A stretch of DNA of 64,000 nt from Thermoproteota archaeon. Lineage in GTDB: Archaea; Korarchaeota; Korarchaeia; Korarchaeales; Korarchaeaceae. The DNA lies in NCBI GenBank assembly GCA_015522685.1, contig WALU01000032.1:1-64000 (forward strand), given 5' to 3'. How positions within the stretch are numbered: the stretch's first letter is position 1; each line of letters starts with the position of its first letter. Both the position numbers and the translations under genes were made by a program. Below are positions 47,590 to 57,131 of the stretch, one piece after another. Below the pieces are notes generated by a model. The model did no database searches. It was not told where the DNA came from and saw nothing but the letters and a program-made list of their open reading frames with translations.

Positions 47590-48056
47590 TCTTCCACCTC
47601 TCTTTCCTCTAATACTATCTCTACGTGAACCATCTGCTCAATCCTAGGACTAGCTCTCCCATATGCTCTGGGAAATATCCTCTTAAGCTTTGCACCTATT
47701 TGAGCGGCGGCATGTTTAACATAAAGGTTGTCCGGATCTAAGTCCTTACTAGTTGCATTATGCTCTGCACTTTTCAGGATCTTCTTCACAAGCTTGGCGG
47801 CCTTCACCGGATATCTGCCGGGTTTCCACTCCTTCAGCTCCTTTCTATGAGGCACTGTTCTCTTAAACCTTCTAAAGGGTACGGCCCTCTTTAGAGCTAT
47901 CACATCATCAAGTATCTGATAAGCCTCAGAGAGCTCCTTTCCTCTAATGCTCCTTAGAAGCTCTACTGTTTCTTTAAATGATACCCTTAGATCCCTTCCA
48001 GAAGCCATTGCCTCTCGCTCGTCAGTAGCGCTATATGAGTATCCCCATGTTGGCAA
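47586..48056 (-). CDS. rpl22: 50S ribosomal protein L22
   Basis: VSFK, VPFRRF, GRYPVKAA and PRAYGRA motifs. Confidence 0.95.
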   Translation of the reverse strand: MPTWGYSYSATDEREAMASGRDLRVSFKETVELLRSIRGKELSEAYQILDDVIALKRAVPFRRFKRTVPHRKELKEWKPGRYPVKAAKLVKKILKSAEHNATSKDLDPDNLYVKHAAAQIGAKLKRIFPRAYGRASPRIEQMVHVEIVLEEREVEE

Positions 48057-48103
48057 CTTTCTTTACCTCCTTCGGTTGGCATACCTTGGAGGTGTTTATA
48101 AAA

Positions 48104-48808
48104 ATGCTTGAAGCTGTCAGCTTAGTAGCTATAGATGTAGATGGTACCCTAACTTATAAGGAGCCATATATTCACTTGGGTGCCATTAAATCTCTTAGAT
48201 CTCTAGGTAAGGAGGTACCTATCACCTTGGTTACTGGAAATCCTTATCCTATCGCCTATGCTCTCACCGTTTATCTGAGGCCATATGACAAAGTGATAGG
48301 TATAGCAGAAAACGGTGCTGTAATCTATATAGGAAATAGAGAGATATTAGAGGGAAATATTGAAGTGATGGAAAATGTGAGGAAATTTTTGATGAAGCGA
48401 GGATACTATAAATATATTTCTGAAGATTCCAAATTCAGATTTGTGGATATAGCGCTCAGAATGAAGCCGGAGGATCAGGAGAGGCTGAAGAAGGATTTAT
48501 CTGAGGCTGGATTTGATGTTGAGACAACTTCCAGTGGATACGCTATACATGTACTTCCACGAGAAATCAGCAAAGGAACAGGTCTTCTTACCCTATGCAA
48601 GGAGATGAATATAAGTTGTAAAGAAGTCGTAGCGATAGGGGACTCCTATAACGACATAAGCATGTTCTCTGCCGCTGGTCTCTCTATAACCCTCCCAAAT
48701 GCTCCTGAAGATGTGAAAAAGAAAGCAGATATTGTGATAGGCGGACCTGGTTATGGCTATAGCCTGCCTTTGGCCCTAAAAGTGGTTAAAAGGATCATTT
48801 CTCCTTAG
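48104..48808 (+). CDS. HAD-IIB phosphatase (archaeal phosphoglycolate phosphatase type)
   Basis: DVDGTLT, TGN, AENG, SKG and GDSYND motifs; GGAGGTG SD upstream of ATG 48104. Confidence 0.88.
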   Translation: MLEAVSLVAIDVDGTLTYKEPYIHLGAIKSLRSLGKEVPITLVTGNPYPIAYALTVYLRPYDKVIGIAENGAVIYIGNREILEGNIEVMENVRKFLMKRGYYKYISEDSKFRFVDIALRMKPEDQERLKKDLSEAGFDVETTSSGYAIHVLPREISKGTGLLTLCKEMNISCKEVVAIGDSYNDISMFSAAGLSITLPNAPEDVKKKADIVIGGPGYGYSLPLALKVVKRIISP

Positions 48809-49763
48809 ATTCTCTTCTCTTAGAACCTCTTTCGAGCTTGATCCTCCAGTACACATAAGCACTAACTATTATTGGGAGTATTGAAGCTAATAATATCTCT
48901 TGCACAGGAAGATGAGGTTCCGTCTTTTGTACTATGACTATTAAAGACTTTCCATCCTCTTGAAGCTGAGGAACGAATTCCCATAAGGCATCATTCCATA
49001 ATACTAGCTTAGGAGTGGGACTTCCTCCTAAAACCTCAATGTTATTGTTTGTAAAGTTGACCCACACATTAGCGGATATATCGTTTGGTAAGGCTATGGT
49101 TAAAGGGGTTAGATCTATATAATAGTAGCCACTAGTGCTTTTTCTTAATTCCAGAGGGAGCGTGTCAACTGTAACAGCGTAATCTACAATCATAGCCCCG
49201 GTGGCAGCTTGGATCTCAGTCTTGTAGGATACACTGAGGCGCTTAATCTTGCTATCTCTCGTTGAGCAAGAAGCTATGGCAGTTATTCCCGTATAGTTTA
49301 CGAAGGGAGTGACTCTATATGTCACATTAACAAAATTCCACCTTATACCGTATAATAGAAGAAACTTATCTCCATAGAGGAAGTTCATCATAGTATAGAC
49401 TGTTGCATTGTTAAATTGCCCCATTGCTGCAGCCTTGGTGAAGAAGCTAGCTCTTATTGTAGGCTCTCCCGGTCTAGGGATGGCAATCATAGAATAGGTC
49501 CCTCTAGGGCCGGCTTGGGTCATTTTCAATGTTATGTTTCCACTATAGTTGATCCAATTAAGGATGGGAGCCTTTAGCATATTGGAGAAGTATAGAGTCT
49601 CTGGCTTATGTATAAGACGAAATATCTCCGCTTTCATTGTAGTAGATAGATCATTATGAATCTCTATTGTCACTTTAGGCATAGGTCTCGATGAATGAGC
49701 TGGTAGCACGTTAAGGCTAATGAGAATGATAGATGCTATCAGTACTGTTTGAAGTTTTCTCAT
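48795..49763 (-). CDS. hypothetical secreted, membrane-anchored protein
   Basis: Signal peptide, N-glycosylation sequons, and a C-terminal TM with a basic tail. Confidence 0.7.
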   Translation of the reverse strand: MRKLQTVLIASIILISLNVLPAHSSRPMPKVTIEIHNDLSTTMKAEIFRLIHKPETLYFSNMLKAPILNWINYSGNITLKMTQAGPRGTYSMIAIPRPGEPTIRASFFTKAAAMGQFNNATVYTMMNFLYGDKFLLLYGIRWNFVNVTYRVTPFVNYTGITAIASCSTRDSKIKRLSVSYKTEIQAATGAMIVDYAVTVDTLPLELRKSTSGYYYIDLTPLTIALPNDISANVWVNFTNNNIEVLGGSPTPKLVLWNDALWEFVPQLQEDGKSLIVIVQKTEPHLPVQEILLASILPIIVSAYVYWRIKLERGSKRRESKEK

Positions 49764-49831
49764 GATTCACACCTTTCGACAAACCCTAACTGCATTCTTT
49801 ATTTAAATAACCACCCTCAACTTACTCGGAT

Positions 49832-52321
49832 ATGTCTAACAAGAAGGGTATCTTACTCTCAGTGTTTTACTTAGGCAGTGATAAAACTGCTATACTGAAA
49901 TTTTATGACCTTGAAAATGGCCAGGTTTTCCTAGTTAAAGATAGTACTGACCATAAGCCCTACCTTCTCACTAATGCTCCTCCAGACATTATAGAAAATA
50001 TCTTACCTCCCAATCTTATCTCTCGTATCTATAATATCTCCACAGTGAATAAGTATGATGTCCTTCGAGATCAGCAGATTGGGCTAACTAAGATTGAAGC
50101 CAAAGATCCCCTGGCGATCGGAGGATCTTCCCATAATATAAGAGACGAGCTTGTTAAGAAGGGATTTAACGTTTGGGAGGCTAAGATAAAATACTACGAC
50201 TGCTATGTCTACGATAGAGGTCTAATACCCGGATGCTCATATGAGGTAGATGAAGAAGGTAATTTAAGGAGGACTTTAATTGAGAGGAATCTACCCGGTG
50301 AGTTCAGGGATCTAAATCCTAAAATAAAGGAAATTTTGGGATCATTCATACCACTATTTGATGAACCTTCGCCACCGATGCGCAATGCTGCTCTTGATAT
50401 AGAAGTTCTATCTTCTCCAGATAGGATACCAGATCCCTCGAAGCCGGATAGGCCTGTTGCCGCTGTGGCATTGGTGGATAGTGATGGAAGAAAGGAGGTC
50501 CATGTACTGGCTAGAGGAGGGGATATACCAGATAAGTTGAGAAATGGAGCCAGAATTGTGAAGTATGAAAATGAAGGGAGGCTTATAAGATCAGTCCTAG
50601 ATATAATCTCAGATTATCCCATAATCTTCACCTACAATGGAGATAATTTCGATATGCCTTACTTGGCCAGAAGGGCTAGAGAGTTGGGTGTAAGTGATAG
50701 GCCTATAAGGCTAGAGAGGGATCGCGCTCTGCTGGATACTGGAATGCATATAGATCTATACAAACTTTTCAGTAACAGATCAATTCAAGTTTACGTTTTC
50801 GGCAACAAATATCTGGGTTATACATTAGATGAGGTCTCTGAAGCTCTACTAGGAGAAGGAAAGATTCAACTAGGGACTAGAGACTTTTACTCGGTTGGAG
50901 TGAAGGATTTAGCGGAGTATTGCTTACAAGATGCGGAACTCACTTTCAAACTAGGAAATATAGGATCAAGGGAATTGATACATCTGCTGTTCCTCCTATC
51001 TAGGATAAGCAAGATGTCCTTAGAAGAGGTGTCTAGACAAGGTGTCTCTTCATGGATAAGAAACATGATATTCTTCGAATACAGGAAAAGAAATTGGTTA
51101 ATACCAGAGAAAGATGAAATAAAGGCCATTAGAGGAGAGAGAACATATTCCCAAGCAATAATAAAGGGAAAGAAGTATATGGGAGCCATAGTGCTTGAAC
51201 CTGTACCAGGAGTACACTTTAACGTAGCTGTCATGGATTTCGCAAGCCTATATCCTTCCATAATAGGGAGATGGAAGGTGAGTTTTGAGACAATAAATTG
51301 CCCTCATACTGATTGTAAGGACAACAAACCAGTTAGGGAATTGCCCCACTGGATCTGTAAGAAAGGGCTTGGCATAATTCCTTATATGATCCAAGCTCTC
51401 AGAGATGTGAGAGTCAGGAGATATAAGAGGATAGCTAGAGAAGAAAAGAACGAGGAAATGAGAAGGTGGTACGATACAGTTCAGAGAAGCCTCAAGGTAT
51501 TCCTCAATGCTTCTTATGGGATATTTGGATATGAGAATTTTCCTTTATACTCTCCACCTGCAGCGGAAATGATCACAGCTCTAGCAAGGAAATCAATGGT
51601 CCTTTCGATAGAGGAGGCTAAAAAAATGGGGCTAAAAGTGATATATGGTGATACAGATAGCTTATTCATAAAACAAGCTACAAAAAGTAGCATTGAATCC
51701 TTGGAGGCTGTTATAGAATCTAAGCTTGGTATAGATCTAGAGCTGGATAAGTGGTATCGCTACGTTGTCCTATCTAAGCTAAAGAAGAACTACCTAGGAG
51801 TTACAAAAGAGGGAGTTATTGATGTAAAAGGTCTCCTAGGTAAAAAGAGGAACATACCCAGATTTGTGAAAGAAGCATTCAATGAGGTCTTAGAAATTTT
51901 GAGGGGTGTCGAGGCTCCTGAGGAATTTGAGGAGGCCAAGCATAAAGTAGCTGAAACCATAAAGTTATATGTTAAAAAATTAAAATCAGGTGAATTTGAT
52001 CTAGAGGAATTAGCTTTCAGAACAATGCTCTCTAAGAGATTAGATAGCTACAAAAAAACAACGCCGCAGCATGTTAAGGTAGCTAGAATGATGGAAAGCA
52101 TGGGTTACAAGATAGTACCTGGCCAGGTTATAAAATACGTTAAAGTTAGGGGTAGAGAGGGGGTCATGCCAATTGAGCTGGCCAATAAATCCCAGATAGA
52201 CAAAGGAAAATACTTAGAAATAATAAAAACAACATTTGAGCAAATACTTGATTCCTTAGATATGAATTTCGATAGCATAGTCAAAGAGAGGAAATCAACT
52301 AGCTTGGAGGAATTCTTCTAG
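49832..52321 (+). CDS. polB1: DNA polymerase B1
   Basis: DIE, YNGDNFD, YCLQD, DFASLYPS, YGDTDS and KKTTPQHVK motifs; PIP-like TSLEEFF. Confidence 0.93.
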   Translation: MSNKKGILLSVFYLGSDKTAILKFYDLENGQVFLVKDSTDHKPYLLTNAPPDIIENILPPNLISRIYNISTVNKYDVLRDQQIGLTKIEAKDPLAIGGSSHNIRDELVKKGFNVWEAKIKYYDCYVYDRGLIPGCSYEVDEEGNLRRTLIERNLPGEFRDLNPKIKEILGSFIPLFDEPSPPMRNAALDIEVLSSPDRIPDPSKPDRPVAAVALVDSDGRKEVHVLARGGDIPDKLRNGARIVKYENEGRLIRSVLDIISDYPIIFTYNGDNFDMPYLARRARELGVSDRPIRLERDRALLDTGMHIDLYKLFSNRSIQVYVFGNKYLGYTLDEVSEALLGEGKIQLGTRDFYSVGVKDLAEYCLQDAELTFKLGNIGSRELIHLLFLLSRISKMSLEEVSRQGVSSWIRNMIFFEYRKRNWLIPEKDEIKAIRGERTYSQAIIKGKKYMGAIVLEPVPGVHFNVAVMDFASLYPSIIGRWKVSFETINCPHTDCKDNKPVRELPHWICKKGLGIIPYMIQALRDVRVRRYKRIAREEKNEEMRRWYDTVQRSLKVFLNASYGIFGYENFPLYSPPAAEMITALARKSMVLSIEEAKKMGLKVIYGDTDSLFIKQATKSSIESLEAVIESKLGIDLELDKWYRYVVLSKLKKNYLGVTKEGVIDVKGLLGKKRNIPRFVKEAFNEVLEILRGVEAPEEFEEAKHKVAETIKLYVKKLKSGEFDLEELAFRTMLSKRLDSYKKTTPQHVKVARMMESMGYKIVPGQVIKYVKVRGREGVMPIELANKSQIDKGKYLEIIKTTFEQILDSLDMNFDSIVKERKSTSLEEFF

Positions 52322-54190
52322 CTTCCTCTTTACTCTTCTACTAACTATGGCCCCATCTATTTTCCCTCTAACTTCCTTCATAACCTCTCCCATTATCATA
52401 CCAAAGGATCTCTCTCCTCTTTCTCTAATAATTTCAGATTTTCTTATCAAGATCTCCTTTATTATGGAATCTAACTTCTCCATAGATATCTGATGATCTT
52501 TGACATAATATTCGGCGCTTGTATATTCCCCTTTTGCGATAGCTCTCAAAACTTCCGGTACAGCTTCCTTAGCAAGCCTACCTTCTCCCAGCAGCTTGGC
52601 GATCTCTATGAAATTATCTTCTTTGAGCTTTTCAATGGGTTCTTCATCTCTCTTAAGAGATCTGATCACTGATATGAGCATGGAGGCCAAGAACCTAGTT
52701 GGAACATTATACTTCGAGATTCTTTCAAAGAGAGCCACTTTATCTTCATCAAATAGTTCCCAAGCTAGGTCCTCCGTAAGGTTATATCGCTCAACTAGCT
52801 TCTCAACGATCTGCTCAGGAGCTGGTGGAAGATACTTTATCCTTCTAAGGATAGGTACTGTCTTAACTGGTAAAACATCAGTTTCAGGATACATTCTCGC
52901 CGAACCTGGTATGGGTCTCATAAAGGATGTATTACCATCGAGTAAAGCTCTCCTAGTCTCATTAGGGACTCTCTTAAGGGCGTACTTAAGTCTCTCTCTT
53001 ATAGATCCAAAAGCCAGCTCTACAGGCTTTCTTTTACCCATAACGAGTATGAAAGAATCTCCTTCCTCACATGATAACTCTGATCTCACTCTCCTAACGT
53101 GATCCTCATCTATTCCATAATTGGGCAGCTCATCTCCGTGTAATATTCCCTTAACCCCCCCAAATACCTTAGCATAATCAGATAACTCTGTCCCAAATCT
53201 CCTTCCAAGCTGGATTTCACTCCCTAATATGCCGGAGAATCCGACAACCCTCATCCCATATACCTTATCTCCTCTAGCTAGCGCTTTCCTTACAAGGTGA
53301 GACTTGGAATCAGCTAAAGCATTCGTTACATCTACTATGGGTGTCCTCAAATATTCTTCCTTGATACCCCTAGATATCAAGCTATCTTTGATCTTTATGA
53401 GGGTTATCTGTCTCTGAACCTCCCTTCTCACAATCTCCGGTATTAAATCTAGATCTTGCACTCCTTTTATCTCCTGCCTAGCTCCATCCCTTATGGATAC
53501 GTTGATATCCTGCCTTATTGTCCCTAACCCCCTCTGAACCCTGCCTGTAGCTCTGAGCATTCTTCCAAGTTTAAGAGCTGCCTCTTTAGCTTGATCTGGG
53601 TGCCAAATGTCTGGTTTAGTTGCCAACTCTACTAGAGGAATACCAAGCCTATCCAACCTATACTTGGCTATTTCAGGCCTGCTTTCAACTATATAAGCGG
53701 ATTCTTCCTCTAAACATAGAGTAGCCATCCTCACAAAACCCCAATTAGTTTCTATACAGCTCTCCTTTCCTCCAATAGCTACAAGGGCTGTTCTTTGAAA
53801 GCCAGTAGTGTTACTCCCATCCACAACTATCTTCCTCATAACATGAATTTCATCTATGGGCTTCATTTTCAACATCAAGGCTATGGTTAGAGCGATCTCC
53901 AGAGCATCCTCATTTAGTGGATATGGAGGAGATTCATCAGCTTCAACTTCACATGTGTTATCATAATATACACCATAAAGGAACATCCTTCTTCTCAGAG
54001 ATTCAAATTTAGCAGCTGGATCCACAGCTCCTAGCTCACTGTAGGAGATACCTAGCTTTCTCTTGATCCACGAATCTGGTTCATCCTCTCTCATAATTGA
54101 TGGGCATTCACAGAAGAGTTTATGAGAATTAAGTCTCTGATGAATCTCAAGGCCGACCTTAAGACCTAAATCCTTATAGTCTAGATCCGT
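52295..54190 (-). CDS. gatE: Glu-tRNA(Gln) amidotransferase subunit E
   Basis: GLKVGLEIHQ, DGSNTTGFQRT, LDRLGIPLVE and RMYPETD motifs. Start is either ATG 54220 or ACG 54190 after a perfect GGAGGTGA. Confidence 0.94.
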   Translation of the reverse strand, partial: TDLDYKDLGLKVGLEIHQRLNSHKLFCECPSIMREDEPDSWIKRKLGISYSELGAVDPAAKFESLRRRMFLYGVYYDNTCEVEADESPPYPLNEDALEIALTIALMLKMKPIDEIHVMRKIVVDGSNTTGFQRTALVAIGGKESCIETNWGFVRMATLCLEEESAYIVESRPEIAKYRLDRLGIPLVELATKPDIWHPDQAKEAALKLGRMLRATGRVQRGLGTIRQDINVSIRDGARQEIKGVQDLDLIPEIVRREVQRQITLIKIKDSLISRGIKEEYLRTPIVDVTNALADSKSHLVRKALARGDKVYGMRVVGFSGILGSEIQLGRRFGTELSDYAKVFGGVKGILHGDELPNYGIDEDHVRRVRSELSCEEGDSFILVMGKRKPVELAFGSIRERLKYALKRVPNETRRALLDGNTSFMRPIPGSARMYPETDVLPVKTVPILRRIKYLPPAPEQIVEKLVERYNLTEDLAWELFDEDKVALFERISKYNVPTRFLASMLISVIRSLKRDEEPIEKLKEDNFIEIAKLLGEGRLAKEAVPEVLRAIAKGEYTSAEYYVKDHQISMEKLDSIIKEILIRKSEIIRERGERSFGMIMGEVMKEVRGKIDGAIVSRRVKRKLEEFLQAS

Positions 54191-54194
54191 AAGC

Positions 54195-55523
54195 TCACCT
54201 CCAGCAGGAGGGGAATACATTAAGCCCTAAATGAGCTCCAACTTCTCCAGTCATGTTCTCTTTTATCATCTTCCTGATCTCTTCTAAATTATCTGTATGC
54301 CCCAATACATACATTAACTTCACTAAAGCTACTTCTGGAAGCATATCCTCTCCAGATATAGCTCCGGCCATTAGGAGTCTCCTTCCTGTCTCATATACAT
54401 TAAGATTTACTCTACCAAACAAGCATTGAGATGTGATTACCACCGGGATCCCACTCTTTACTATCTCAGCCACTTCTGGAATCAAATATCTGGGAGTATG
54501 ACCTAAGCCGGTGCCAGCTAAAACTAAGCCCTTAAATCTCTCAGCAAGGGTAGATAGAAATCCGTTTGGGATTCCTGGCCATATCTGCACTAAAGCTACA
54601 TTGGGATCAAGTCTATCATCTAGCTCTACATTACTAGGCCCCTCTCTTTTTCTTCTGAAGTTCTCAGTGAGGAATCTTATGCTATCGTAAGTTACTCTCG
54701 CAATAGGCGGCTCATTTATTGATTGGAAAGCATCCCTCCTGGATGTATGCATCTTTCTAGCCCTTACTCCCCTTATAACATAGGCATACTCATCGCTCGG
54801 GCTGCCATGCATCGCGATCACTGACTCGGCTATTGGGCTTTCTGCAGCCACCCTAGCTGCAGCAATTAGATTAAGGACAGCATCTGTGGATGGTCTATCT
54901 ATAGATCTCTGTGATCCCACGAGAACTACAGGCTTATCTAGGCTGTGGAGCATGAAGGCTAATGCAGCTGCTGTGTAGTGCATAGTATCGGTACCATGAG
55001 CTATAAGAACTCCATCAGCCCCTTTCCTTAACTGCTCATAGACGGCCTTAGCTATAAGCTTCCAATGATTTGGTGTAAGATTCTCACTGAATTCTGAGAA
55101 TAATGTAACATACTTCGTGTTAATAATGTTGGCAAGTTCAGGTACGATATCAAGCAATTCTTCCGGCTTCTCATGAGATATAACAGCACCCGTAGAGTAA
55201 TCTACCTTAGAAGTTATTGTCCCACCAGTGACTATTAGGGGGACGAATGGTAAGTCATCCCTATACCTCAATTTAGGTATCTTCCTCTCTCTAGAAAGAT
55301 TTGCCTTACTAATTAGCTTCATCTTAGCTCCTTCTATATTTATCCCTATATTATACCCATTATCGAGCTTTATTATGAGATGTTCATCATCCAATATTTC
55401 TGGTCTAGGTATTAGGATACCTTCATAGACTCTCCCATCTTTTAGGACACGAATTCTATCGTAATCACCTATCCTCAAACTAGAGAGCAGTTTGCCAACT
55501 CTTCCTCTGTAATGCAGGGTCAT
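54195..55523 (-). CDS. gatD: Glu-tRNA(Gln) amidotransferase subunit D
   Basis: KLDNGYNIG, TGGTI, HGTDTM, GSQRS.DRP and KMHTSRRDAF motifs. Confidence 0.95.
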   Translation of the reverse strand: MTLHYRGRVGKLLSSLRIGDYDRIRVLKDGRVYEGILIPRPEILDDEHLIIKLDNGYNIGINIEGAKMKLISKANLSRERKIPKLRYRDDLPFVPLIVTGGTITSKVDYSTGAVISHEKPEELLDIVPELANIINTKYVTLFSEFSENLTPNHWKLIAKAVYEQLRKGADGVLIAHGTDTMHYTAAALAFMLHSLDKPVVLVGSQRSIDRPSTDAVLNLIAAARVAAESPIAESVIAMHGSPSDEYAYVIRGVRARKMHTSRRDAFQSINEPPIARVTYDSIRFLTENFRRKREGPSNVELDDRLDPNVALVQIWPGIPNGFLSTLAERFKGLVLAGTGLGHTPRYLIPEVAEIVKSGIPVVITSQCLFGRVNLNVYETGRRLLMAGAISGEDMLPEVALVKLMYVLGHTDNLEEIRKMIKENMTGEVGAHLGLNVFPSCWR

Positions 55524-55572
55524 CGCTTCTCTTAGCAGGATGTACTAAAAAAATTAGGTTAGATGGATAAGA

Positions 55573-55983
55573 TCATCGAATTACCGGCCTAAACTTGTAT
55601 GAATAAGCTATGATGCCAGATTCCCCGCTAACTTTGGTTTTCCTTAGCACCATCTCCACTTCCATTCCCTTCTTTGCTTCTGAAGGAGAGATATCGGTTA
55701 GCTGAGCCATTATCCTACTTCCATCCTCCAATTCTATGATAGCTAGTACGTATGGCGTATAATATTCATATCCTCTTAAAGCATTCCATACAACAGTATA
55801 ATTGAGCACTTTCCCTTTCCTAGGAAGAATGACTGTTTCTATATTCTTAGAACCACATACAGGACATATATCTTCTTTAGGCAGCATTATATAGCCACAA
55901 TCCATACACCTGCCTCCTTCTAGCCTATATCTGGCCGGTATCTCTCTCCAGTGAGCAGGTACGCTCTGCCAATATGCCCACAT
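55573..55983 (-). CDS. DUF35 zinc-ribbon/OB-fold protein (thiolase-HMGCS scaffold)
   Basis: RYRLEG.RC..CG...P...CPVCG, OB fold and YSYKFRP. Confidence 0.9.
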   Translation of the reverse strand: MWAYWQSVPAHWREIPARYRLEGGRCMDCGYIMLPKEDICPVCGSKNIETVILPRKGKVLNYTVVWNALRGYEYYTPYVLAIIELEDGSRIMAQLTDISPSEAKKGMEVEMVLRKTKVSGESGIIAYSYKFRPVIR

Positions 55984-55988
55984 ATCGT

Positions 55989-57119
55989 TCACACCCCCCT
56001 AACTAGGTGAACTACGGAATTACTTCCTATCCCCCCGATACCAAGAGTCAATCCACTCATGGCTCCTTTAACTTGCCATCCATCTGCTCTTCCAGTTACT
56101 TGTAGATATGCCTCAGCTACTTGGTATACCCCTGTAGCTCCAACGGGATTACCTCTGGCCTTCAATCCTCCCTCCGGATTTATTGGAACGGGCCCATCCC
56201 TATTGGCCTCGCCACTGCTGAATAGGCGAGACGCTTTCCCTCTCTCCGCTAATCCCAATTCCTCCACTGCAATATATCCCATAATGCTAGAGTAATCATG
56301 TATTATGTAAAAGTCTGGCTTGAAGTTAGTATTCTCCATGGCTCTTTTGAAAGCAGTTCTAATAGAAGGCATTTCTGTCAAATCTCTCCTCCTATATAGC
56401 GATATGGAGTCTGTGGCTTGTCCCGAGGAAACTATCTCAGCATTCCCATTAGATCCCTCAGCATCTTTAGATAACACTACTGCTGCAGCTCCATCACCTA
56501 GAGGCGCTAGATCAAGCATTGTGAGGGGTTCCGCTATGACTGGAGAAGAAGAATAGCTTTCTGGTTTCAATTTGAATCTGAGCTGAGCATGAGGAGTATC
56601 TACTGCATTTTCATGCATGAGTAAAGGTAGATATGAGAACTCCTCCTTAGATACATTATATTTCCACATATATGCCCTCATAACTAATGCATGCATGGCA
56701 TCTAGCGTTCCTCCATGAAAAGCCTCATATTCTGAATCTATTGATGTAGAAAGAGCTGAATTAGAGTCTTCGAGGGCTGTATAATCGGTGACTTTTTCTA
56801 CACCAACAACAAGTACTCTATCCGCCATTTTAGAGGATACTAGACTGCTGGCTAAGAGGACAGCAGCTCCTCCCGAAGCCCCAGCGGCCTCGATTTTAAC
56901 TGCAGGGAGGCCTATCTTTCCCAAATGAGTAGCTACATAGGAACCTAGGTTCTCTTGACCATTAACAACTCCCGATAGAGCATTTGCGACGACTATATAA
57001 TCTATATTCTTATTACAAGATTCTAGCGCCTTTAAAGATGCCTCGACTGCAAGATGCCTCAAGGACTTATTCCAGTGATTTCCGACATTAGTTAAACCAA
57101 CTCCAACTATATATACCAT
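55989..57119 (-). CDS. SCP2-type thiolase-domain protein (catalytic residues substituted)
   Basis: GVEK, DGAAAVVL and INPEGGLKARG.PVGATG motifs; located between HMGCS and DUF35. Confidence 0.88.
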   Translation of the reverse strand: MVYIVGVGLTNVGNHWNKSLRHLAVEASLKALESCNKNIDYIVVANALSGVVNGQENLGSYVATHLGKIGLPAVKIEAAGASGGAAVLLASSLVSSKMADRVLVVGVEKVTDYTALEDSNSALSTSIDSEYEAFHGGTLDAMHALVMRAYMWKYNVSKEEFSYLPLLMHENAVDTPHAQLRFKLKPESYSSSPVIAEPLTMLDLAPLGDGAAAVVLSKDAEGSNGNAEIVSSGQATDSISLYRRRDLTEMPSIRTAFKRAMENTNFKPDFYIIHDYSSIMGYIAVEELGLAERGKASRLFSSGEANRDGPVPINPEGGLKARGNPVGATGVYQVAEAYLQVTGRADGWQVKGAMSGLTLGIGGIGSNSVVHLVRGV

Positions 57120-57131
57120 TAGGCACACCCC

